Origin: Prasinococcaceae sp. CCMP 1430
Taxonomy: Eukaryota; Plantae; Prasinodermophyta
Assembly: GCA_013416795.1 (NCBI GenBank)
Contig: RQSC01000806.1
Location: 1 to 64,000, forward strand
DNA: 64,000 nucleotides
Reading direction: 5' to 3'
Each line of letters opens with the position of its first letter. Within the stretch, counting starts at the first letter, position 1. The notes beneath the pieces are model-generated. The model did not search any database. It was not told the DNA's origin and saw nothing but the letters and a program-made list of their open reading frames with translations. Shown piece by piece: positions 11,520 to 21,972 of this stretch. Position numbers and translations under genes: made by a program.

Positions 11520-12041
11520 CACATCGGTCCGCGTGGTCACGGCGCGCAGCGCGGCGCAGCGCGCGGGCTGCGGCGCCAGTCAAAGAAGCGGACCAGGCGC
11601 ACAGCACGCGCGCGGGCGGAGGGAAGGAGGCCTCGCGGGCTGCACGCGGCGCGCACTCAGTGGGCCAGTGGCGCTGTGGCAGCCACTGCGGCCGCGCTCG
11701 AGTGCCTTGGTCAACGCCTGTGCCAAAAGCGTCGAGTAGTTCAGTCCAGCATATCAGAATGCACACACCCATTGGCAAGGAGTATTTGATACGAGCGAGC
11801 TCGCGCGCCACATCGCGCGCAGCACGCAGCGCCCCCAGGGCGCCGGCGGCTGGCGGAGCCACCGCAGCGTGCGTGGCAGAGCACACGAAGGGAGGGGAGG
11901 GGAGGGTGGTGTGGTGTGGGTGTGGGTGTGTGGGTGGGGTGCGGGGAGGGGGGAGGAGAGGGGCGAGGTAAGGCGAAGGGGAGGAAGGGGAAGGGGAGGG
12001 GAGGGGAGGGGAGGGAAGGGGGCAGTCGTAGCGCGGGCTTG

Positions 12042-12959
12042 ATGGGCCGCCACTCGCAGAATGCTGGCGCCGTGGGCAAGGAGACCCTCACGCACGCCGA
12101 GAAGAAGCGACTTGGGTGGGGAACGCAACGCACTCGGCTGGGGCGCGACGGCGTGCTGTCCTTCGACGCGTGCAACTTGGGGATGGTCACCGCCAAGGTC
12201 CCCGTCGTGACGCCCGAGGGTGTGGTGTACGACAAGGAGGCAATCATCGAGTGCTTGATCGCGCAACGCGAGGACCTCAAGCGGAAGCGCGCGGCGTGGG
12301 AGGCACAGCAAGCGGACAAGGCCGCCGAGGCCGCCGACGCAGAGGACGAGAGGCGCAGCGAAGCCCTTGCTGCATTCGAGGCCCAGAACGTGGCGGCGGT
12401 GGCAGGTGATGCGGGAGTGGCGAGCGGTGGGGGCGGCGCAGAGGGTGCCGGCGAGGGGAGCAAGCCGCCCGCGGCGCCAAGCCTTAAAAAGGCGTATTGG
12501 CTCCCAACGCAAGGCCCGGGGAGACACAAGGGCGCCCTGGACGAGCCACCCTCGCACACCTCGTGCCCCACGACCAAGAAGAAGCTAAGGATGAAAGATC
12601 TGACAGAGGTAAAGTTCATGCCCATGCCGGAGGGTGTCAGCGAGAAGGAGGGAAAGTATCTGGACCCACTCACACGCGATCCCCTCACTGACAAGGCCCA
12701 GGTGGTCGTATTGCGGCCAAGCGGTGTTGCCATGCTTGAGTCGAGCTACGAGCGCTTCGTGAAACCGGACGGTGTGTACAACGGCAAGAAGGTGCGCGCC
12801 AAGGACGTTATCAAGTTGCGAAAAGGTGGCACGGGCTTCGCGGCTGGTGGCGCCCCTGTTGAGGCGAAGGCACACCACTCGCATGGTCTGGGCGCCACGA
12901 ACGCGCCTCTTAGGGGCACTGGCGCATCCCTGTCCAATTTCGGCTTAAACTACAATTAG
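12042..12959 (+). CDS. NOSIP: Nitric oxide synthase-interacting protein homolog (NOSIP/CSU1-like E3 ligase)
   Basis: MGRHSQNAG..THAEKKRLGWGTQRTRLGRD, U-box-like PVVTPEGVVYDKEAIIECL and C-terminal CPTTKKKLRMKDL..VIKLRKGGTGFAA. Confidence 0.9.
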   Translation: MGRHSQNAGAVGKETLTHAEKKRLGWGTQRTRLGRDGVLSFDACNLGMVTAKVPVVTPEGVVYDKEAIIECLIAQREDLKRKRAAWEAQQADKAAEAADAEDERRSEALAAFEAQNVAAVAGDAGVASGGGGAEGAGEGSKPPAAPSLKKAYWLPTQGPGRHKGALDEPPSHTSCPTTKKKLRMKDLTEVKFMPMPEGVSEKEGKYLDPLTRDPLTDKAQVVVLRPSGVAMLESSYERFVKPDGVYNGKKVRAKDVIKLRKGGTGFAAGGAPVEAKAHHSHGLGATNAPLRGTGASLSNFGLNYN

Positions 12960-13224
12960 CAACGTTTTTGCCGGCAGTGTTGGCGCGAGTTGTCGGCAAC
13001 GCGCGAGCTCCGGGGGGGCATGCTGTCTACCGCAGTTGCTCTGGCTGCCTGCGCCAGCGCAGAGCGGCCATGCGGCACGCCCCTGCACGTAGTACTAGCT
13101 CAAGATTGATTTATTTGCCCGCGTAGTCATGTGGGAGTCACCTGTAGCCGGCCCGGTCCTGTACGTCGCAGTGAGCAAAGTACGCGTTGGACAACCGGTG
13201 CACACCCTCATGTGACGCCGGCCG

Positions 13225-14433
13225 CTACGCCTCGTACTGCTGCTGCCGCTTCGCCGCGAAAGACATGGCAGCCTCTTGCAGCCGTGCGGCTGTGGTTTCG
13301 TTCTCCTTGGCCAGCGCCTTGGAGCGCTCGAAGAGCTCCAACGCAGCGAAGTACCGCGCGTCGCACTCCTCCCTCGTCGCTCGTCTCTCCCTCTCCGCAG
13401 AAGCACCGGCCGGCGCACCGCTCGGCGCCGTGGAAGTCGACCCGGACTTCGGCCTGGCTTCTGTCCGCGCCTTGGGCTTGGATCTGGCCGCCCGTGGCGC
13501 CTTCGGCGCACCCGCTTCCACGGCTGCCATGGCCGTCGCCGCTGCTGCCTTGGCCGCCGCGTCGCGGCCGCGACACTCGTCGTGGGCCTTGTGCATCCAC
13601 GGCATGGCCTTCGCACGCCTACGCGCCTCCGAAGCCCGGAATTTGGCCAGGCGCTCCGCCGCCGATGACTGCTGCGGTTGCCTGGTCTTGTACATGCTGA
13701 CAGGCGGCGCCTCGCGGCGCTGATAGGCCGCACGCGTTCCCGCAGGAACCCGCTGCTCCTGCCGCTGCTGCCGCGCTCGGCTCTTGCGGCGATGCGAGTG
13801 CTGCACTGCTGTCGGCACCCTGATGCTCTCCGCGCCGACCGGAAGCCTTGTGCGCTGCTGTTGTAGCAGCGTCTCAAAGGTGCGCTCCATCGCCTCCCTA
13901 TCCGCGTTGTCCGCCTCGACGCGCTGCTGGTGGCGCAGCTCAGCCTCACGAAGCGCCTCCAGCTCCGCCGCGCGCGTTGCGTGGCGCTCTGCCGCCTCGT
14001 GGGCGCGCCGCTGCCAGGCGGCCTCTAACTCCTCGCGAGAGGCTCGCCACACGCGCGCGAACTCGCGCAGGGAAGACGGCCTTTCGGCGGGCTCATCGAG
14101 CGCGCACTGCGCCGAAGACCCGCCTGACGCATCGCTCGAGTCGGCTGGCTCCTCTGCGGGCGGGTGGGCGGCCGCGCGCACGCGCAGCGCGTGCATGCGC
14201 GCGTGCGGCCCCGCCTCTTCGCCCTGCGCCCCTTCCCGTCCATCGGCCGCGGCGCGCGCCCCGCCATCCTGCGCCCCGCCTTCGCCGCCCCCACCGATCG
14301 CGCCGCCCTCGAGGTCGCTCACGCGCTCGCGCAAGCCGCCGAGCGCAATCTCGAGCGTGGAGACTCGCGCCGCGAGCTGGCCCGCGGCGAGCGCCATACC
14401 CACGCCGGCGGCGCCCGCCGCCGGCCCGTCCAT
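13225..14433 (-). CDS. Uncharacterised coiled-coil protein
   Basis: Long ORF with E/R/A/Q-rich helical segments (LRERVSDLEG, EAELRHQQRVEADNADREAMER); no recognisable family. Start at 14433 or 14397. Confidence 0.6.
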   Translation of the reverse strand: MDGPAAGAAGVGMALAAGQLAARVSTLEIALGGLRERVSDLEGGAIGGGGEGGAQDGGARAAADGREGAQGEEAGPHARMHALRVRAAAHPPAEEPADSSDASGGSSAQCALDEPAERPSSLREFARVWRASREELEAAWQRRAHEAAERHATRAAELEALREAELRHQQRVEADNADREAMERTFETLLQQQRTRLPVGAESIRVPTAVQHSHRRKSRARQQRQEQRVPAGTRAAYQRREAPPVSMYKTRQPQQSSAAERLAKFRASEARRRAKAMPWMHKAHDECRGRDAAAKAAAATAMAAVEAGAPKAPRAARSKPKARTEARPKSGSTSTAPSGAPAGASAERERRATREECDARYFAALELFERSKALAKENETTAARLQEAAMSFAAKRQQQYEA

Positions 14434-15624
14434 CCAGCCGGGCGTAGCGGCACTCCGCCCACCCAACTGACCCACCCTCCACTGGGCTGTCTGGGGCGGC
14501 GCCGCGCCGCGCCGCGCCGCCCCGCGCCACTGTGGCGGGCTAACCCCGGTCCCCTGCCCCTGCCCCCTCCCTCCCTCCCTCCCTCCCTCCCTCCCCTCGG
14601 TGCCCCTGCCGCCCTGCCGCCCGCCGGCCGCGTCCGCGCGTGCGCGCGAAATTCGAATGCGTTTTGACGTCCATGCAGACGCGCATATCAAAACGCACCC
14701 GATCCGCGCTACGATACCATTGTGTCGACTTCAATTAGCCGTTGCAAGCCGTTGCACCCGCGGCCACCGCGGCCCCGCGGATCGACGGATCTCAGACCCT
14801 ATTTAGTTACACCCCAACAGGCCGTGCGAGCGCGGCAGCGAACCAACGTTCCTTGGTTCAAAATCATCCATACCCGCGGGTTTCGGTTTCGTTCGGTGCC
14901 TTCGGCACACCCGCGCGCATTCGCTGCGGTCGGCGGCGGGAATCGGAGAAAAGGGATTCCGAATCCGAATTCCGCTCCGAAGCAGCGGTTTCGGTTTCGC
15001 TCGCGCGTGCGGGCGCCGCCCCGCGCCTCCCGTCGCCGCGCGAGGGTGCGTTTTGACCTGCGCGCACGCCGCGGGATCGCCGGCGGTGCGCGCGCACACA
15101 GGCGCACCGCGAAACGCGGAAGCGCGGGAGCAATTGATTTTGATTGCGAAGCGACGCGACGCGACGGCGCGCGGGCCGGCCCGGCGCGCGACCTCGGCTC
15201 GGCCGGGGACGCCCGAAACCCGAACACGCCAGGGGCGAGGCGGGGCGAGGCGGGGCGCGTGCGCAGGACAAAACGAGACGAGAGTGAGACGTATATTGGA
15301 CCCTGATTCGGTAGTAAACCCTTATAGCGCGCGCGCGCCGCTGGCGTGCGGCGCCGCTGCTGCGCGCACGGGACAGGGGTGGGGGGAGGGGGGGAGGGGA
15401 CGGGGATGGGGGCAGGCAGGCAGGCACGCCTGATGTGCGCGTTCGCGGGCGCGCGGGCGAGCGTGTGTGTGCGCACGCGTGTGCCACACCGTGCGCAGCG
15501 CACGCGCTGGGGAGGGGCGCTAACCCTCCAGGCCGCGGCCGCGCCCCGCCGCGCGGGCTCGAAGGTGCGTACCCTCGTCGCGCGAGCCAACGCGCCGCGC
15601 GTCCGGGTGCGGCGCAACGGACGC

Positions 15625-18600
15625 ATGGCCGCCGCCGGGGCCTTCTGCTCGCGCCCTCCCGCCGCGGCAACGGCCGCGCTCGCCGAGGCCGCGCGGTCGG
15701 CCGCGGCGCTTCTTGATAGCAGCGAGGACGCCCTGTGCGCGCTGGGTGAAACGGTGGAGGCGCTCGAGCCCGGATTCAAGGGCGTCGGCCCGGTGGCTGC
15801 CGTGATCGCAGCAGGATGCAAGCTCGTGCGCGACATGGACGACTGCCTGCTTACACACAAGCTCGCGGACGCGTTCAGCGCGGCCGTGAAGATACAAACG
15901 GCCAAGTGCAGGCAGTACGTGCTCAGGCTGCTGCTGCAGAGGCTGCCCAGGCGGAACGCGCGGACGCTGCGCGCGCTGTGCTGCGCCCTTGCCGCGTGTG
16001 CACTGCAAAGGGGCTTCGGTGGCGGCGTGAGCGAGCTGCTGCAGCTGGCCGCCGGCGCCGCGCCGTTTGTACTTCCGGCAGGAGCGACGGGCGCCGGCGA
16101 TGCACCCGCCGCAGCGGCAGTGCTCGCAGCGCTGGCCGGAGAGTACGCTCACCTACTCGAAGAAGACATCGACGCGAACGCGGACGCCGGCGGAGGCCAG
16201 GGGGCGGTGACGAAGGGCCGCGTTGCCGAGCGTGCGGCGAAGATCGCCCCCGTGCTAGGCGCCACCGTCCGTCAGGCAGGGTCCAGGGGCACGAAAAAGC
16301 ACCCCCTGTCGGTCTCTGGTGGGGGTAATGTGCCACACAGCCGCAGCGCGGCGCTCGCGGCGAAAGCGGCCACTGCGGCAACACCCACGCGCACGTATAC
16401 AGGGCTTGCAGCCAGGCGTAGCGGCGTGGCTGCCCCTTCCAAACAGCAGGCGCAGGCCAAGTCATCGAACGCACGCCGTATGTCTGCAAGCACGCTGTCC
16501 TCGCAGGGTGCCGCGCGTTCAAAGGAAGCTCAGCAGCGGTCGAGGCCCGTATGGCGATCTGGTTCGACCGTGACGCCCACTACGCAGCAGCGCTCAAGCA
16601 TTCGGAGACGCACAGAGGAGCGTGTCGCCGCGAGCAAGCAGCAACGAGGAAAGAAAGCAGCGGCCGACTCGAGAGCTCGGCGCCCGCCAGAGAAGACCGC
16701 CAGCGTCGATGAAGTGGCCGATTCCGAGTCCACCGAACGCGCTGAGTCGCCGGGGCTTGATGTCAGTGCCGATGGTGACGATCGTGAGAGCATGCAGCTG
16801 GCTGCATCGTGGTCGAACGTGGCAGCGCTGCTCGAGGATGCCATGACCGAATCTAAGACGCTGGAGAGGATGGCCTCGCATGCTGGGACAGGTGGTGGCG
16901 CCGTTGAATCGTCGAAGGAGGCGCCGCCTCCGCGAGTGCAGCGCGAGCCCACGGCTGGCTGGGCAGGTGAGCGCACTCGCAAAGTGCACTTTGCTGAAGG
17001 GGCCCATGCTGTTGGCGTCACCTCTGCTGCGCCCAGTACCTACCTTGCTCCCGAATCGACAGTCAAGGCTGCGCGAGCGCAGGCCGCGCGTCTCCTGTCA
17101 AGCCCGTCGGCGGGGTACGGCAGCGTTGCATCAAGTGACCGCGAGGATGGCCGCGTGGGACCTAGCTTTCGATCTGCACCTGCCAGGACTGGGGCTGCAA
17201 AAGAAGACACTTCGCCGGCGGCGCTGCAAGCACAACAGGGGGTGGCAGATGGAGCGCTCACGAGCCCTGAATTTGCTGCGATCGAGCGTTTTGTGCCTGA
17301 AGCGCCCACGAATGCGCATATACCCGCACGCCGTCGAAGCAAGGCGCCGATTGGTGCGGAGGCGGGCGTTTCACCTTCACGTGCCCAAGGCAGTGCTAGC
17401 GCACGCCTCACGCTCACCTCTACAGTTTCCATGAGCCCAGCCGCTGCCATTGATGTGGCGACGCTCGATGCCCTGAGGTCGCAGCTGGGCGTCGATACGC
17501 TCGAGCAAGCAGCTGACTGTCGGAACGGACTGGCGTCCAGCTCAGCTGCTCCGACGCAGGCGAAGGCCGTCACGACGATTGATCAGTCGACGCTGCACTC
17601 AATGGAGGCGCTGCGCGACAATGTCGGGGCTCAGACGATCGACGAGGCGTTGGAGATGGCGAAATCCTTTGAGCTCGAGCTCGCACTGAAGCGTGCCGAA
17701 GAGCTCGAGCGCGGGGGCATGGCATCGATTGATGCATCGGCGCTCAAGACCTTGGAAGCAATGCGCAACCGACTTGGTCACGAAACGGTCCAGCAGGTCC
17801 TCGAGCACGCTCAGGCCCTTGAGGCTTCTGCGAGGCACCCAGCTGCATCGTTCGACGAGACGGCTGTCGAGGCGCTGCGAGAGAAGCTCGGATTGGCGAC
17901 GCTCGATGAGGCTATTGAGAAGGCAAAGGCCCTCGCAGACGCGTCGACTGCGAAGGGCACACGAGCTGCCAGCCCTATTGGCGGTGTAGTGCTGAAGTCA
18001 AACAAAGAGATGACAGCCGCGTTCGACACGTCGGCCTCGGCTGCTCTGCAGATGTCCCAGGCTCAAGGCCCAACCGACGCCGCTGTGGCCTCAATGGAGC
18101 TAGGCCTGAACGGTTCGACGCCCGAGGCAAAGCAGGCCATGATGGCGAGATTCTTCGACACGGCCGTCGCCGGCCCGCCAGGAACGCCATCCTTGCATCA
18201 AGGGATTGATGGAGCCGTTGTCCAGGACGCTTTCGCTGTCAATGGCGCGAGCAGCAGCGATAGCGGCAATGTCGAAAATGACGGGGGCCGCGGCGGGCTC
18301 AAGACGCCCGTGGTTGGGCCTTCTCCCACTGGTTCGGGAATTTCACTGGCAGGCCCTGCCGCTGTCGTTCGGGCCACGCCTTTGCAGTCAAGCAGTGAAA
18401 GCCCAGTCGTGGACGCAACTCGGGCTATCGCCAATGCACTGGATGCAGCGATGAGCCCTGGCGCTGACAGCCCGTCAGAAGCCTTGGCAGCAGTCTTGCC
18501 CCCCAAGACAGCGTCACTCTCGAAGTCTTCGATTCCCCCTCCGCCACAGCTACCGCAATCGCCACCGCCCGGCGCGAGCGTCGCCGCTGCACCTCCACCA

Positions 18601-20997
18601 CCACCGCCTCCACCGCCCCCTCCTGGCGCACCGCCGCCCCCCCCTGGTGGAGCAGTACGCACAAAAGGCTTGCCCCCACCTCCTCCACCGCCACCGGGGC
18701 CACCGCCACCGCCGCCTGGGGCAAAGGGCATGCCCCCACCACGTGGGAAGGGAGGTCCGCCGCCTCCACCGCCCCCTCCTGGTGCACCGCCACCCCCTCC
18801 TGGCGGAGGAGTACGCACCAAGGGAGTGCCCCCACCTCCTCCCCCGCCACCGGGGCCACCACCGCCGCCGCCTGGGGCGAAGGGCGTGCCCCCACCCCCA
18901 CCGCCTCCACCCCCACCACGGGGCAAGGGGGGTCCTCCGCCTCCACCGCCTCCGCCTGGCACCAAGTGGAACTCGGTGAAGCTCGCTGCACGCCAAGTGC
19001 CGAACGGCCCAAAGATGAAGCAGCTTCATTGGGACAAGTTGCATTCTCGCCGTGGGACTGTGTGGGAGCACACCGATATCGACAAGGCCGGCGTGGACAC
19101 GGCAAAGTTCAGCGAGCTTTTCAAGATAGCGAGCCCGGCATCATCTCGCCCGCGCTCGAAGACAGCGCTCGAGAAGAGGGCATCGTCCACGGTGCATCTC
19201 ATCGATCTCAAGCGCGCGCACAATATCAGCATTCAGCTTAGTTCCTTCCGCATGCCGTACGACAAGATCAGGGACTCCTTGTTGTCCATGGACGACAACA
19301 CGATCACGCAGGATCAGCTGACCGTGCTCATTGACGCCATCCCGACGGAGAAGGAAATCGCCCAGATCGAGAGTTTCGTGCGCTCAAAGCCGGCGGAGGC
19401 GCCCAACCTGGGCGACGTCGAGAAGTACTTCTTGGCCATCGCGCCGATCCCGCGGCTGCGGGGCCGCATAAGGAGCTTGCTATTCAAGGGCAGCTACGAC
19501 GGCAGCGTCGCTCGTATGAAGGAGCTGCTGCTGACTCTGGACAGCGCGACGGAGGCTCTGCGTAGCTCCTCTCGCTTCATCCGCGTGCTTGAGAGCGTGC
19601 TCGCGGTCGGAAACCACCTCAACAGTGGCACTCATCGTGGCGCCGCTGAGGGCTTCCGTATCACTGGGCTTCTCAAACTGCTCGACATCAAAGGCGTCGA
19701 CCGCTCAACGTCGCTGCTACATTTTGTGATTGACTCACTCGAGAGCAAGGAGAGTGGCTTCGTCAATGCTCTTGAGGCCGAGCTCAAGCCCGTGAACAAG
19801 GCCGCTGGCTTACATTTTGATTCGCTCAAGACCATCTCCAACGAGCTCACGGACGGCATGAAACAGGTGCAAAATGAGATCGCTCACGCTGTCGCGCCCA
19901 TCGATGACTCATCAAGCGTGTCTGACAGATTCCGTGACGTCGCCGTGGAATTCGCGGCCGAGGCCGAGGCCGAGGTAGATTCGCTTTCGGTGCGCTTGCG
20001 TGGCACGATGGCGGGCATTCGCTCCGTGGCCGAGTACTACGGCGAGGAGGTCAAGGAAGGGAAGAATCCCGTCATATTCAGCACTGTGCGCGACTTCTGG
20101 TTCGCTGTCAACAAGGCGCATGTCGATCTGCAGCGGCGGTGGAGGCAAGCAGCGCGCCTGAAGGAGCAGCAGGCGGCCAAGGAGGCGCTGGCGAAGAAAC
20201 AACGGGAGAGGCAGGCGGCCATCAAGGAGGCAGAGGAAATCGCAGTGCTGCGACCAGATGGCAAGGACTGCGCCGCTGCGTCTGCGGATGGCGATGGGGC
20301 TCGTGGTGCAGTAGATGGCGGCACCGAAGGAAATACTGCCCCCGATAGCAGTGGCGGGAGTGAGGTGGCGCAGCAGGCGCCAACGTCGGGGCGGCGTGAT
20401 GCGGAGCGCGCCACCGGTACCAGAGAGCGCGATGGCAGCCCCGCAGGCAGAACCCCCATCTCTCCTGTGAAACCAACGTCTCCCCTGCTAAATGCGGCCA
20501 AGCTCGACGCGCAGAAGCTGGCACGCAGTGGAGACGTCTCTTCCGCCGCGGGCGATCTCGAGACTGGCGTTCTGACCACCCCGAGCGGGAGGATCTCGCG
20601 CACGCAATCGAGGCACCGTGCCAGCACAGTTGAGCGCGAGCGCTCGATTGAGCTCGATCAGAGCCCGCTCGTTGAGTACCTAGAGACAGTCGACGACACA
20701 GTGTCCGACCCTGGTGACATCACGCGCGAGCGGGCGGGCTCCGATGCCGACGCTGACGCCGCGCTCGGCGCAGGCGCGCTGGAGATGGGCGTCGGTGAGG
20801 CCGGGATCGAGGGCGACCTCGAAGCCGCTGCTGAGTCTGCTCTGGCTGCAGCAATGGCCGACTGCTCGAGTGCCGAGGGAGCCGCGACCCCAGGTTCGTC
20901 CAAATCTGACGACGCGCGGCCGTCAGCACTCGCGTTGGCCTCGGCACGGGAGGCAGCTCAGGTTGCCATGGCGTCATCGTCGGACGACAACGAGTAG
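15625..20997 (+). CDS. Formin (N-terminal RhoGAP-like domain, FH1, FH2); class III-like
   Basis: Intronless. Poly-Pro FH1 at about 18530-18960 with a 156-bp internal duplication. FH2 motifs MKQLHWDKL, LIDLKRAHNISIQL, VLAVGNHLNSG..AEGFRITGLLKL and TSLLHFV. The N-terminus CKLVRDMDDCLLTHKL..LLQRLPRRNARTLRAL resembles the C-terminal half of a RhoGAP. Confidence 0.93.
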   Translation: MAAAGAFCSRPPAAATAALAEAARSAAALLDSSEDALCALGETVEALEPGFKGVGPVAAVIAAGCKLVRDMDDCLLTHKLADAFSAAVKIQTAKCRQYVLRLLLQRLPRRNARTLRALCCALAACALQRGFGGGVSELLQLAAGAAPFVLPAGATGAGDAPAAAAVLAALAGEYAHLLEEDIDANADAGGGQGAVTKGRVAERAAKIAPVLGATVRQAGSRGTKKHPLSVSGGGNVPHSRSAALAAKAATAATPTRTYTGLAARRSGVAAPSKQQAQAKSSNARRMSASTLSSQGAARSKEAQQRSRPVWRSGSTVTPTTQQRSSIRRRTEERVAASKQQRGKKAAADSRARRPPEKTASVDEVADSESTERAESPGLDVSADGDDRESMQLAASWSNVAALLEDAMTESKTLERMASHAGTGGGAVESSKEAPPPRVQREPTAGWAGERTRKVHFAEGAHAVGVTSAAPSTYLAPESTVKAARAQAARLLSSPSAGYGSVASSDREDGRVGPSFRSAPARTGAAKEDTSPAALQAQQGVADGALTSPEFAAIERFVPEAPTNAHIPARRRSKAPIGAEAGVSPSRAQGSASARLTLTSTVSMSPAAAIDVATLDALRSQLGVDTLEQAADCRNGLASSSAAPTQAKAVTTIDQSTLHSMEALRDNVGAQTIDEALEMAKSFELELALKRAEELERGGMASIDASALKTLEAMRNRLGHETVQQVLEHAQALEASARHPAASFDETAVEALREKLGLATLDEAIEKAKALADASTAKGTRAASPIGGVVLKSNKEMTAAFDTSASAALQMSQAQGPTDAAVASMELGLNGSTPEAKQAMMARFFDTAVAGPPGTPSLHQGIDGAVVQDAFAVNGASSSDSGNVENDGGRGGLKTPVVGPSPTGSGISLAGPAAVVRATPLQSSSESPVVDATRAIANALDAAMSPGADSPSEALAAVLPPKTASLSKSSIPPPPQLPQSPPPGASVAAAPPPPPPPPPPPGAPPPPPGGAVRTKGLPPPPPPPPGPPPPPPGAKGMPPPRGKGGPPPPPPPPGAPPPPPGGGVRTKGVPPPPPPPPGPPPPPPGAKGVPPPPPPPPPPRGKGGPPPPPPPPGTKWNSVKLAARQVPNGPKMKQLHWDKLHSRRGTVWEHTDIDKAGVDTAKFSELFKIASPASSRPRSKTALEKRASSTVHLIDLKRAHNISIQLSSFRMPYDKIRDSLLSMDDNTITQDQLTVLIDAIPTEKEIAQIESFVRSKPAEAPNLGDVEKYFLAIAPIPRLRGRIRSLLFKGSYDGSVARMKELLLTLDSATEALRSSSRFIRVLESVLAVGNHLNSGTHRGAAEGFRITGLLKLLDIKGVDRSTSLLHFVIDSLESKESGFVNALEAELKPVNKAAGLHFDSLKTISNELTDGMKQVQNEIAHAVAPIDDSSSVSDRFRDVAVEFAAEAEAEVDSLSVRLRGTMAGIRSVAEYYGEEVKEGKNPVIFSTVRDFWFAVNKAHVDLQRRWRQAARLKEQQAAKEALAKKQRERQAAIKEAEEIAVLRPDGKDCAAASADGDGARGAVDGGTEGNTAPDSSGGSEVAQQAPTSGRRDAERATGTRERDGSPAGRTPISPVKPTSPLLNAAKLDAQKLARSGDVSSAAGDLETGVLTTPSGRISRTQSRHRASTVERERSIELDQSPLVEYLETVDDTVSDPGDITRERAGSDADADAALGAGALEMGVGEAGIEGDLEAAAESALAAAMADCSSAEGAATPGSSKSDDARPSALALASAREAAQVAMASSSDDNE

Positions 20998-21168
20998 GGA
21001 AAATCTCACCTTTTGTGTAAATCTATTGTCTATCACGAATCTTGGAACGCCACGGCCGGGCCACCCGCTGCTGTGTTGCAAACTGCAAATCACGAGCCGC
21101 GTGCTCTCTCGCCACGGACGAGCCACCGAATGCATCCCCCGAGGCCAGCAAAGAGCACGCTGAGGAGC

Positions 21169-21708
21169 TCACAGACCGAAATGCCCCCGCCACGCGCCTG
21201 CGCAGCTGCGCCGCCCCGCCCCTGCCACCACCACCACGCTGCGAAAGAGTCCGGGTAGAGCGGCTCGGTCGTGTGTGCTGCCGACGTATCTCTGCGTCGC
21301 CACAGTGACTTGCTGTACGGTGGCGCGGGCGTCATGGGCACCAGTACCTCCTCTTGCGCGTAGCACTCGGACGGTTGTCTTGCACGGGCCGCTCGCACCG
21401 CTGCGTGCCGCGCGTTGCGCGCCGCGCGCGCTGGACAGGTGCTGCCGGTCCCGCGGGCGCCTCGCCGAGCTGTGCGGGTGCAGCCCGGCCACAGGCAGGG
21501 TCCCACGCCGGGGACTGACCGCTCTGGTCGGTGCCGCGCGCGTGCCGTGAGGTGAGAGCGCATCCAAGGCGCTGTCGGACCGGGCGGGGTGCGGGGGCGG
21601 GATGGCCGCGGGAGGTGCACGCGCTCTGGCAAGTGCCCGCGCGTGGCGGCGCTGGCGCAACTCGCGCACAATCGTTGCGGTGAAGTTCCGCAGACACGAA
21701 CATGGCAT
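21169..21708 (-). CDS. Possible small orphan ORF (MPCSCLRNFTATIVRELRQRR...)
   Basis: Open frame in an otherwise unexplained 1-kb gap between the formin and the TRF-like gene; no motif support. Confidence 0.2.
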   Translation of the reverse strand: MPCSCLRNFTATIVRELRQRRHARALARARAPPAAIPPPHPARSDSALDALSPHGTRAAPTRAVSPRRGTLPVAGLHPHSSARRPRDRQHLSSARGAQRAARSGASGPCKTTVRVLRARGGTGAHDARATVQQVTVATQRYVGSTHDRAALPGLFRSVVVVAGAGRRSCAGAWRGHFGL

Positions 21709-21972
21709 GCGCGTGAGCGCGCAATGAAAGAAAACCAACTCGAAACCAGTGGGCACCGAAAGTACTGTACGCATGTCGCCATGTTGTCTGGCAGGGGCAT
21801 GCGAGCAGGTGCCGCAGCGTCGGCGCAGTGCGGCGCAGCACGGCAGCTGTGGCTGTGGCACACGCCGCGAGGCAGGTCATCGTCTACGTGTATGTACAGA
21901 ACAGTGGGAGCACGAATCGACCACTGCCATGGAGCGCGACGGTCGCATGGCGGCGTCACGAGCGGACCGCGC

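Noticed and set aside
11895-12022. (GGGGA)n purine tract, and poly-G at 61301-61354, as G-quadruplex regulators
   Set aside because: Common in GC-rich algal promoters and prone to assembly error; no specific support.
11741-12733. 330-aa minus-strand ORF
   Set aside because: Antisense shadow of NOSIP; low complexity and no motifs.
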